A stretch of 64,000 bases of DNA from Candidatus Zixiibacteriota bacterium (GTDB lineage Bacteria > Zixibacteria > MSB-5A5 > GN15 > JAAZOE01): positions 156,806-220,805 of the forward strand of contig JAZGGI010000016.1 of NCBI GenBank assembly GCA_036480375.1. The letters run 5' to 3'. Below the pieces are notes generated by a model. The model was not told the origin of the DNA, ran no database searches, and saw only the letters and a list, made by a program, of their open reading frames with translations. Positions within the stretch are counted from its first letter, which is position 1; each line of letters begins with the position of its first letter. This document shows, piece by piece, positions 48,371 through 56,191 of the stretch. A program made the position numbers and the translations under genes.

Positions 48371-49597
48371 CTACAAATTATCTTTGATGATTTTGCCCAG
48401 ACGTTTGATACCTTCGGTAATCAAATCATCGGTAGCATTTGAAAAATTCAACCGAAGGGTCTCCTCTCCCCCGCCGTTAGGGAAAAACGGAGAGCCGTAA
48501 ACATAGGCTACTTTTGCCTCAACGGCTTTGCTAAGAAGCTCTTTTCCCGACATTCCTTTTGGTAAAGTCATCCAGAGGAATAATCCGCCTTGTGGTTTGA
48601 CGAATTTTACTTCTTCGGGAAAGTGCTCATGAATAGCCGACACCATAACATCCCGCCGATGCTTATAACATTCGCAAATCTTTTGAATATGGCTGTCGAG
48701 CTTATTCATTTTCATGTATTCAAACAGCACCATCTGCCCGAAAGTGCTGGTATGTAGATCGCAGCACTGTTTTACGCGTTCAAAGATTTGCATAATATCA
48801 GCCGGAGCGATCATCCAGGCGATCCTGTACCCAGGAGCGCAAATTTTGGAAAAAGTAGACAGTGAAATTACCGTGTCACCGCCCAAGGCTCTCAGTGAAG
48901 GTAAAGGTTCCCCTTCAAATCGTAAATCGCCATAAGGATTGTCATCGATAACAGGGATATTATGGCGGTTGGCAATTTCAATCAGTTGAACTCTTCTTTT
49001 AAGAGACATCGTAATACCGGACGGATTCTGGAAATTCGGAACAACATAAATAAATTTGGGATTGTATTTCTTAATTTTTTCTTCGAGTCGATCGACAATC
49101 ATCCCGTACTCATCCATTTCGACGGTGGCATAACGGGCCTGATAAAAATTAAAAGCCTGAAGGGCTCCAACATAAGTAGGCGATTCGCAAATAACATAAT
49201 CGCCAGGGTCAAGAAATACTCGTCCGACCAGATCAAGACCCTGTTGAGAGCCGGAAGTAATGATGATGTTTTCAGCCTTAAGTTCCGGTATCCGCCGACC
49301 GGAATACTCGGCGATAATATTTCTAAAAGCCGGAACGCCCATTGATAGAGAATACTGAAGGGCGGCATCATGATGATTATCGTAGGCTCGAATAGTGGCT
49401 TCTTTTAGGTCTTCTTCGGGAAACATATCGGGCGAAGGTAAACCGCCGGCGAATGAAATCACACCGGGCTGTGATGACAACTTGAGAATTTCTCTGATTA
49501 TCGAGCTTTCCAGCTCAAGGACGTGAGAAGTGACGCCCCATTTTTCGATAGAGCTCATTATATTATCTTTCGGTTTTTCATCGGTTATTGTTTTCAT
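48371..49597 (-). CDS. PLP-dependent aminotransferase (2-aminoadipate/LysN-like, stand-alone MocR-type aminotransferase (AAT) domain)
   Basis: 408 aa with ISFAGGLPSPDMFP and an FSKICAPGYRIAW lysine motif. Confidence 0.8.
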   Translation of the reverse strand: MKTITDEKPKDNIMSSIEKWGVTSHVLELESSIIREILKLSSQPGVISFAGGLPSPDMFPEEDLKEATIRAYDNHHDAALQYSLSMGVPAFRNIIAEYSGRRIPELKAENIIITSGSQQGLDLVGRVFLDPGDYVICESPTYVGALQAFNFYQARYATVEMDEYGMIVDRLEEKIKKYNPKFIYVVPNFQNPSGITMSLKRRVQLIEIANRHNIPVIDDNPYGDLRFEGEPLPSLRALGGDTVISLSTFSKICAPGYRIAWMIAPADIMQIFERVKQCCDLHTSTFGQMVLFEYMKMNKLDSHIQKICECYKHRRDVMVSAIHEHFPEEVKFVKPQGGLFLWMTLPKGMSGKELLSKAVEAKVAYVYGSPFFPNGGGEETLRLNFSNATDDLITEGIKRLGKIIKDNL

Positions 49598-49718
49598 TAT
49601 TACACCCGCATTATGTAATTGACTGTGTGAAAATTATATAACATAGGAGTTTCAAAATCAAGGGATTCAGGAGATAGATTATTAAAAAAAGAAAAAGAGG
49701 ACAAAATAGATATATAAG

Positions 49719-50930
49719 TCAACGCATCGAACCGGCCAGCTTAATTATATGTTCTCCGTATTTATCTCGGATATCATCCATCGCACCGGTCAGCTTGTTA
49801 TATTTCTCATCGCTATTATCAATAATTAGTTCATATTGAGATGTCAAATCAGAATTAATTTCATTCCCTGATGAAGATTTGATCTTTTTTAATTGTGAAG
49901 CGCGAACCCCCAGCAGCCTGACTTTATATTTCATCCCGTATTCTTTGGGAACCAGTTTCACGGCGTTTTGATATATTTCATCACATCGGTCGGTCGGTTT
50001 GTTGAGAGTGTGGGCGCGGGTAATCGTCTTAAAATCGGATGATCGAATTTTGACCGAAACGGTTCTTCCGATGTAACCATGCCTTCGCATCCTGCGGGCA
50101 ACTTTATCCGACAGCCATAAGAGAATAGCTTTAATTATAGTGGGGTCATAAATATCTTCTCTGAGAGTTGTCTCATGCGACATAGACTTATCGTGAGGCA
50201 TATCTTCATAGCGCATAACCTGACCATTATCGGTTCCCCGGGACATGATTGACAATGTGTCTCCGTTTTTGCCGAATATTCGTTTGAGTATTTTTGAGTC
50301 AGTCGCGGCGAGATCCTTGACGGTAAGGATATTTTTTTGAGCCAGTGTTTTTTTGGTGCTTTCGCCTACACCCCACAAGGCATCGACCGGTTTGGGATAA
50401 AATATTTCCTTAAATCTATCCTGGTTCATAATGGTCAACCCGTTCGGTTTGTTTATCCCCGAGGCAAGTTTGGCCAGGTATCGTGTCGGGGCGATGCCGA
50501 CCGAGCAGGTTAATTTCATTTTTTCCCAGATTTCATTTTTCATTTTCTGGATCAACTCGACCGGTCCGTCATACAACCGGTCCGCTCCGGAGATATCGAG
50601 AAATGCTTCATCGATGCTGATCGGTTGCACTCTGGGCGAATATAATTCAAATATTTTCTGTAGATATGCAGAAGCGTACACATATCCTTTTAATCCGGCC
50701 GAAATAAATATTCCATGCGGGCATAATTTTCTCGCCTGAACGGCTGACATCCCGGAATGGACACCATATTTTCGGGCTTCATAAGAGCAGGTTGAAACGA
50801 CACCGCGCGGCCCGATTCCCCCTCCGACAATAACCGGTTTGCCTTTTAGGTGAGGATTATTACGCATTTCCACGGCGGCGAAAAACGCATCCATGTCAAC
50901 ATGGGCAATCACGGGTGAAAAATCGATCAT
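49719..50930 (-). CDS. dinB: DNA polymerase IV (Y-family)
   Basis: 403 aa with HVDMDAFFAAVE and SIDEAFLD. Confidence 0.92.
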   Translation of the reverse strand: MIDFSPVIAHVDMDAFFAAVEMRNNPHLKGKPVIVGGGIGPRGVVSTCSYEARKYGVHSGMSAVQARKLCPHGIFISAGLKGYVYASAYLQKIFELYSPRVQPISIDEAFLDISGADRLYDGPVELIQKMKNEIWEKMKLTCSVGIAPTRYLAKLASGINKPNGLTIMNQDRFKEIFYPKPVDALWGVGESTKKTLAQKNILTVKDLAATDSKILKRIFGKNGDTLSIMSRGTDNGQVMRYEDMPHDKSMSHETTLREDIYDPTIIKAILLWLSDKVARRMRRHGYIGRTVSVKIRSSDFKTITRAHTLNKPTDRCDEIYQNAVKLVPKEYGMKYKVRLLGVRASQLKKIKSSSGNEINSDLTSQYELIIDNSDEKYNKLTGAMDDIRDKYGEHIIKLAGSMR

Positions 50931-51179
50931 CTATTCCACCCAGATTTTACTGATAACCCAACTGGTTTTGCGCTCATCGTACGACAATTGAAAAAAATTA
51001 GACGACGAATCAACCACCGCGAAATGGCGAATACGATACGCCCCAACATCGGTTTTCCAGTCGCCGGTTACTTCAGCAATTTTGTACACCGTACCGTTCC
51101 AGCGAAACCGGGACGGTTTCATTTTGTTGTTCTGAAACAACACAACGACTTCAATAGGTTCGTCCATATCCTGATACAT
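50931..51179 (-). CDS. 82-aa protein of unknown function abutting dinB
   Basis: A GAGGGGGA SD precedes the ATG. Its stop codon (50931-50933) is immediately adjacent to the dinB start codon (50928-50930). I recognise no family. Confidence 0.55.
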   Translation of the reverse strand: MYQDMDEPIEVVVLFQNNKMKPSRFRWNGTVYKIAEVTGDWKTDVGAYRIRHFAVVDSSSNFFQLSYDERKTSWVISKIWVE

Positions 51180-51355
51180 ATCCCCCTCGCGTTACATAAA
51201 GTAATAATTTAACAATAAGCTCTTACTCATTATTATTAAAAGTATTACAAGTGTGTAGTACCTGCTCATCTATACCGCCCAAACTCTGCGAAACCGCAAT
51301 TATTGAAAACAACAAATAAAAAACAAAAAAACCAATAGAACTAAAAATGCCCGTA

Positions 51356-51976
51356 CTATCGCATGCGTCGCATCAGCCCTACGACCCGACCGGCAATATA
51401 GAATCCTGGCGTATTACGATCGACAATAATCGGTCCAAAAGCTTCGTTTTGAGGTTCAAGGCGGACACGTCGTTTCTCCGGATAGAATTTTTTGACAGTC
51501 GCTTCTTCGCCGATAACGGCCACGACAATATCGCCTTTCAGGGGATCAATATCTTTATCGACCAGTACAAAATCTCCGTCAAAAATACCGGCGTTTATCA
51601 TTGATTCACCCTTAACCCTCAAACAAAACACCTGGTCGTTAGGTAAAAATGCCGTGTCAACGGCGAGTTCCCCTTCTCGGTTTTCAATCGCGGTTATCGG
51701 CAGTCCGGCCGGAACCGAACCGACTATTGGGATGCGATTAAACGTGAGCGGCGACCGTTTGACCAGTTCGATTCCGCGTGAAACCAGTTTTTGCCGACGA
51801 ATATATCCTTTCTTTTCAAGAGCGCTCAAAATCGCCCTGACGCCATTGGTTGAGGCAATACTGAACTTGTGGCCAATCTCTCTGATAGTTGGCGGCAAAC
51901 CGGATATATTAACCATCTCCTCGATAAAATCGAGTATCTGTTGCTGCCGCCCGGTCAGTTTGTTTTTGTCAGCCAT
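51356..51976 (-). CDS. lexA: LexA repressor
   Basis: 206 aa with an N-terminal winged HTH, the VPAG cleavage site, GESM serine and ATVKKF lysine. Confidence 0.92.
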   Translation of the reverse strand: MADKNKLTGRQQQILDFIEEMVNISGLPPTIREIGHKFSIASTNGVRAILSALEKKGYIRRQKLVSRGIELVKRSPLTFNRIPIVGSVPAGLPITAIENREGELAVDTAFLPNDQVFCLRVKGESMINAGIFDGDFVLVDKDIDPLKGDIVVAVIGEEATVKKFYPEKRRVRLEPQNEAFGPIIVDRNTPGFYIAGRVVGLMRRMR

Positions 51977-52016
51977 TTATCCTCCCTGAAAAACAGGCTT
52001 TTTTCTACTACCATAC

Positions 52017-52045
52017 TTAATACTGCTCATACGTGCAGTTGTCAA
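52017..52045 (-). promoter_or_regulatory. lexA promoter with a LexA-box-like palindrome in the spacer
   Basis: Read on the minus strand: TTGACA (52040-52045), a 17-nt spacer, then TATTAA (52017-52022). The spacer is the inverted repeat ACTGC-N8-GCAGT (52022-52039), which contains TGCTC-ATAC-GTGCA (52024-52037). Confidence 0.65.
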
Positions 52046-52113
52046 TCATAAAATCGGAAGATATCTGAAAAAAATATAGAATGTGATATTAAAATGTGAT
52101 ATGGAATTTTGAA

Positions 52114-53106
52114 TTATGGAGAATAGGTAATACCCATATTTATACCGAAGTCGATGGAATTATCGAAAATATACATATTTTCCATCAAACTATATTCCAG
52201 CAAAATTCGCGATGATATTTGTTGTTTCGCTCCAAAAACCAATTCATGGGTTGGCTTGGAAAACTCCCCAAAATTACGGGACGTCCCGGAATTAGATAAT
52301 TGCTGTATAACGAATGACAGGGACTTGCTGACGGGCCATTCAACAGCGGCGAAAAAAGTCCACTGATAAGGCCTCAAATCAATTCCGTACAGGCTGCCTG
52401 AGCCATAGACTCCATAACCAATCGTTGAATAAATATATATCGGATTAACCGTATATAAGCCCGAAATGGAAAAGGCCCCATCCACTCCCCCCGAACCATA
52501 ATAATCACGGGCATTGGAGACCGGAAACCGCAACAGGCTGGTAACGGTCAGGGAATTGAACCAGCCGTCTCCGTCATATATTTTATGTCGCGAAAATAGG
52601 CTAATATCTCCCAGAACGATTTCTTTATCAGATTCATCAAGGATGACAATTCTCTCTCCTGAATCATCATCGACAAAACTGAGCGATATTGAATTTTGAG
52701 GGTATTGGTTGCGGCCTGATTGCCCCAAACCAATTTGATTATGGAACCGCGTTATGAATTGATCAAGACGGCCTCCGATACGTGTTAACACCGGTACGAA
52801 AATCCCGACTTCCGTATTTCCTCTGATTCCGGCCGCGATTTCAAAAATATTCTGAATAACCTCTACGTCGAGCAAATAATTCTCGGTTTCATTCCAGCGG
52901 TTTGTCCATGAATTGAATAAACTTATTTCAATATGCCCTGTCTCAAGCAAATTTGCTCGGGTAGGAACGATATCGAGGCGCAAAGTCTGGAGGGGCGTCT
53001 GACCGACTATATGCAACGGCCCTTTTGCCTTGAGCTCGGTCTTACTCCAGACGGCGCCACTCAAAAGCAGCATTAACAGAATATATATCGAGCGTAGTTT
53101 CATCAT
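52114..53106 (-). CDS. Exported beta-rich protein, probably an outer-membrane barrel (DUF3187-like by recollection)
   Basis: 330 aa with a signal peptide. The GGRLDQFITRFHNQIG motif resembles what I recall of DUF3187. Confidence 0.45.
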   Translation of the reverse strand: MMKLRSIYILLMLLLSGAVWSKTELKAKGPLHIVGQTPLQTLRLDIVPTRANLLETGHIEISLFNSWTNRWNETENYLLDVEVIQNIFEIAAGIRGNTEVGIFVPVLTRIGGRLDQFITRFHNQIGLGQSGRNQYPQNSISLSFVDDDSGERIVILDESDKEIVLGDISLFSRHKIYDGDGWFNSLTVTSLLRFPVSNARDYYGSGGVDGAFSISGLYTVNPIYIYSTIGYGVYGSGSLYGIDLRPYQWTFFAAVEWPVSKSLSFVIQQLSNSGTSRNFGEFSKPTHELVFGAKQQISSRILLEYSLMENMYIFDNSIDFGINMGITYSP

Positions 53107-53356
53107 ATCAAATATCTCAAGAATGACATTATGCTAATTGAGATAAGATTATTGTCGGAAACAATTCAAAATATTACAGTTTTTTTGGAGTATGAGGAAA
53201 TTTTGGGCGTAACTTAGATTAAGTTAAAAGCGTCTATATATTGAGACATAAAATAATGGAACAAGGGTATAACGAATTCCAAACTGAATTCGTATATTCC
53301 TTGACATACGGTTGAAATGTATTAGATTTTTAACAAATAGGTACGAATCGATAAAT

Positions 53357-53385
53357 TTGAAACTTTTCGCGCCGATTACTATATA
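53357..53385 (+). promoter_or_regulatory. Candidate sigma70 promoter of the DUF1573-like gene
   Basis: TTGAAA (53357-53362), a 17-nt spacer, then TATATA (53380-53385). An alternative is TTGACA (53301-53306), a 16-nt spacer, then TAGATT (53323-53328). Confidence 0.4.
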
Positions 53386-53421
53386 AAATGACGAGAACTT
53401 ATATATTTAAGTGGAGGATAA

Positions 53422-54162
53422 ATGCGCAAAATATTGATTAGTGTATTCTTGACAATCCTGCTAACGGTGTTTATATCTTCGCAGATAATAGCTGTACCCA
53501 AAATGTTTCTTCCCGAAACTTCATTTGATTTTGGGTTTGTTCCGCAGAACTGCAAAGTGTCTCATGTATTCTGGATTAAGTCAGTTGGGGATGATTCGCT
53601 GAAGATATTAAACGTAAAGCCTGGCTGAGGCTGCACTAAGGCTCCGTTAACAAAGAAGGAGCTCGCTGTCGGTGACAGCACCGAATTAGAAATTATTTAT
53701 TCGACCGGTAAGAAAGTTGGCCCGTCCAGTAAACGACCCGCAATTTCAACCAATGAAGGTCCGCCAACCAAGCGGATTACTATTAAGGTACACTCCGTTC
53801 GCCAGCCTGACTCGACCTATCCGGTAGTGATTAAACCTTATCGCGTTTATGTTTCTCGAGCAGGTAAAGTCGAAGTTGACGAAGCCAAATTTACGGTAAC
53901 CAATGTCTCAGACGAAGATCTGGATTTGAAAATAGTGAGTGAGCCATATGGTTATTTACAAATTGATTTGCCTGATGAAGTAAAAGCCGGCGAAACGGCT
54001 GAATGCAAAATAAAGGTCAATGAGGATCACCTCAATCAAAGTTTCGAAAAATCGATTACGTTGGAGCTCAACGACCCAACCAAAACGCGTTTTTCCATTC
54101 CTATTATCAGGCGATTAATAGGAGGCAAAAAAGCACAGGCCAGTAACGCTGGTTCACGATAA
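53422..54162 (+). CDS. Exported DUF1573-like protein, candidate selenoprotein (in-frame UGA at 53626-53628 read as Sec)
   Basis: Track ORFs 53422-53628 and 53827-54162 share a frame, and there is no other stop between them. The joined product reads ...FDFGFVPQNCKVSHVFWIKSVGDDSLKILNVKPG-U-GCTKAPL.... A GGAGGA SD, a signal/anchor peptide and a strong terminator downstream are all present. Confidence 0.6.
53640..53663 (+). other. Candidate SECIS-like hairpin for the DUF1573-like gene
   Basis: The stem GGCUCC / GGAGCU (one G-U pair) starts 11 nt after the UGA. The loop is GUUAACAAAGAA. A second, perfect hairpin GCUGUC-GGU-GACAGC follows at 53665-53679. Confidence 0.35.
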
Positions 54163-54188
54163 AAAACAAATTCTTTAAGCAATTTACG

Positions 54189-54216
54189 ACCGCCGATTTT
54201 TTCGGCGGTTTTTTTT
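54189..54216 (+). terminator. Rho-independent terminator after the DUF1573-like gene
   Basis: ACCGCCGA-ttttt-TCGGCGGT followed by T7. Confidence 0.85.
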
Positions 54217-54220
54217 GCCC

Positions 54221-54249
54221 TTTACGTGGGCGCAAAAATATTGTATTAT
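54221..54249 (+). promoter_or_regulatory. Candidate sigma70 promoter of the HesB-like gene
   Basis: TTTACG (54221-54226), a 17-nt spacer, then TATTAT (54244-54249). Confidence 0.4.
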
Positions 54250-54320
54250 GAGTTTCTGGAAATTTTAACGACGACCGATAAAAGACCTAAAGAAGACCAA
54301 CATAGAATCGGGAGATATTG

Positions 54321-54689
54321 ATGGTAACCATCTCAGAACTTGCCTCTGTGGAGCTTAATAAAGTTATGCAGTCTGAAAACGCCAGGGGAAAAAGTTTATT
54401 TGTCAATTTCATGGGGTATGGTTGAAGCGGACCCGTCCTGGGTTTGGCTCTGGATGAGCCGGAAGAAGGTCTGACCAACTTTAATTCCAAAGGTATAGAA
54501 GTATTTATGCACTCCGCTTTAGCGGATCAATTGCAGCAATTTGGGGGCGTATCTATTGACTTTATAGATGAGGGGCCCGACCGCAGGGGATTTGTGATTG
54601 CGACTAATAACAAACCCGCGGGGCATGATTGCAAAGGATGCAATACCGATTCGGGGTGTAGTTCCGAGGAAGATAATAAAGGCGAATGA
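54321..54689 (+). CDS. HesB/IscA-like protein, candidate selenoprotein (in-frame UGA at 54423-54425 read as Sec)
   Basis: ATG 54321 follows a GGGAG SD. The first 34 codons run into a TGA and then continue in the same frame as track ORF 54444-54689. The product reads ...SLFVNFMGYG-U-SGPVLGLALDEPEEG...IDFIDEG...HDCKGC, colinear with IscA (..GCSG.., ..DF..EG.., C-terminal CxxC-like). Confidence 0.65.
54443..54463 (+). other. Candidate SECIS-like hairpin for the HesB-like gene
   Basis: GGCUC-UGGAU-GAGCC (54446-54460), extendable by two U-G pairs and one U-A pair. The loop starts 28 nt after the U of UGA. An alternative hairpin lies at 54428-54446 with loop GUCCU. Confidence 0.35.
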
Positions 54690-54696
54690 AAACAAT

Positions 54697-54728
54697 TAAA
54701 AAAAAGAGCCGGCATATTACCGGTTCTT
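54697..54728 (-). terminator. Terminator between the convergent HesB-like and GWxTD genes
   Basis: A 9-bp stem AAGAGCCGG / CCGGTTCTT (one G-U pair), followed by a T-run on the minus strand. Confidence 0.6.
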
Positions 54729-54758
54729 GAGATCATAAACACATTCCGAGACAGAATT

Positions 54759-56189
54759 CTACCAATCATTGTCTCTTGAATCTCGCCAATCGCTATCAGT
54801 ATCATCTTCTTTATCAAGAATCTGTTGCCAGACGGGATCATATTTCTCTCTCGGATGAGTCGAATGAACTAACCTGTAATCGCCGATCTGAGCCATGAAA
54901 TCATTGACAAATACGAATATTTTGCGACCGTCCAAATTATAATAGGTCCATTTTTGATACGGATAACTGCGGCCTTCCATTTCAACCGTTTCAGCGTCAT
55001 TATACGGACCATAAGTAATATATATCCGGCCGCGGTCGGTTTTCCAGCCATCTTTGGTATCGGAGCGAGTCGATAACATCTCATTGGCGAATACAAATCT
55101 CCGAATCGCTTCTTCATATACGGGATTTTTCGCGTCGGATGGGTCATCATCCCTGGTTCGCCAGAACTGATGAATAAAATTCTTTTTGCCCTCAATCGAT
55201 AATTTGTCAATCTGGATTTTCTCGGCTTCAGAAAGATGATAATATGCTATATTCCTCATCAGTTCAACATCTTCAATCGAATACTGTTTTTGGGCGAGTT
55301 CGGACGCAACTATCGAAATCGCTTTGGAAGCCAAAGTCTTTGCGCCGGTAGCCGCATCGGTAACCTCAAAAATCAAATAATAATCCCCCGTGGGTATCGA
55401 AGGCAGTTCCAAACAATTAACAACAACTGCCGATGTTCCGGGCTTATCTTTGGCTTGGCCTCCGAAATCATGTATTAAATTCCCGTTCATGTCCTTAAGG
55501 GAATAATTGGTAAAAAACTTTTTAATTTTGGCGGAGGTAAATTCTTCCTCGAAAGATAATCCGTATAACTCGGCATAGACCCAGATATGTTTATTCAAAA
55601 ATGCTTGATATCGGCCGGTTGGATTCGGAATTACGACCCGATCCTGTTTTATCAATCGATTATTGACAGGTGAATCATCATCTAAATTCAAGGTTGATAT
55701 CTCAAAAGCCACCTGTAAGTCGCTACACCTAAGACCCGGCTGAAAATAATCAGGAATTTCGGCAACGATAGTATTCCGGCTCGATTTTTTGGAGACATCA
55801 TCCACGGCCGAACACAAAATACGATAGTGACCGGGATCCAAATGCAGACCCAATAAATCAAAAAGCTGTATCCCCTGCCTCAGACTTTCTTCACGGTCTT
55901 TTACTCGGCTTAGAAAATATGTTGATGCAGAATCCAGTGCAGCGCCTGATTCATCATACGCGATTGCCGACAAATAAACACCGGCATAAAGATATTCGCT
56001 CGTATCAGAACCAATAAAGCCCAGTTCATCACGATTCAATCCGCAATATATCTCGATATATGGCCGCTTTTCCGCCAAATCGGCATAAGATGCGTAATCG
56101 GTTAAAAATGTCAAAGAATTACCGGTCGCTCCGGAAATACTTCCCAGAGCTAAAAGCGCAATTGCAAATGCCAGAATGATCCGTATCAT
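54759..56189 (-). CDS. GWxTD domain-containing exported protein
   Basis: 476 aa with a signal peptide and a C-terminal DGWKTDRGRIYITYGPYND. Confidence 0.7.
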   Translation of the reverse strand: MIRIILAFAIALLALGSISGATGNSLTFLTDYASYADLAEKRPYIEIYCGLNRDELGFIGSDTSEYLYAGVYLSAIAYDESGAALDSASTYFLSRVKDREESLRQGIQLFDLLGLHLDPGHYRILCSAVDDVSKKSSRNTIVAEIPDYFQPGLRCSDLQVAFEISTLNLDDDSPVNNRLIKQDRVVIPNPTGRYQAFLNKHIWVYAELYGLSFEEEFTSAKIKKFFTNYSLKDMNGNLIHDFGGQAKDKPGTSAVVVNCLELPSIPTGDYYLIFEVTDAATGAKTLASKAISIVASELAQKQYSIEDVELMRNIAYYHLSEAEKIQIDKLSIEGKKNFIHQFWRTRDDDPSDAKNPVYEEAIRRFVFANEMLSTRSDTKDGWKTDRGRIYITYGPYNDAETVEMEGRSYPYQKWTYYNLDGRKIFVFVNDFMAQIGDYRLVHSTHPREKYDPVWQQILDKEDDTDSDWRDSRDNDW

Positions 56190-56191
56190 TA

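Noticed and set aside
53626-54425. Genome-wide reassignment of UGA (for example to Gly or Trp) as the explanation for the two in-frame TGAs
   Set aside because: All other conserved genes in the window are intact under the standard code. Several also terminate at TGA at the expected length: truB at 991-993 and the 10351-12378 gene. Recoding would instead fragment or extend many genes.
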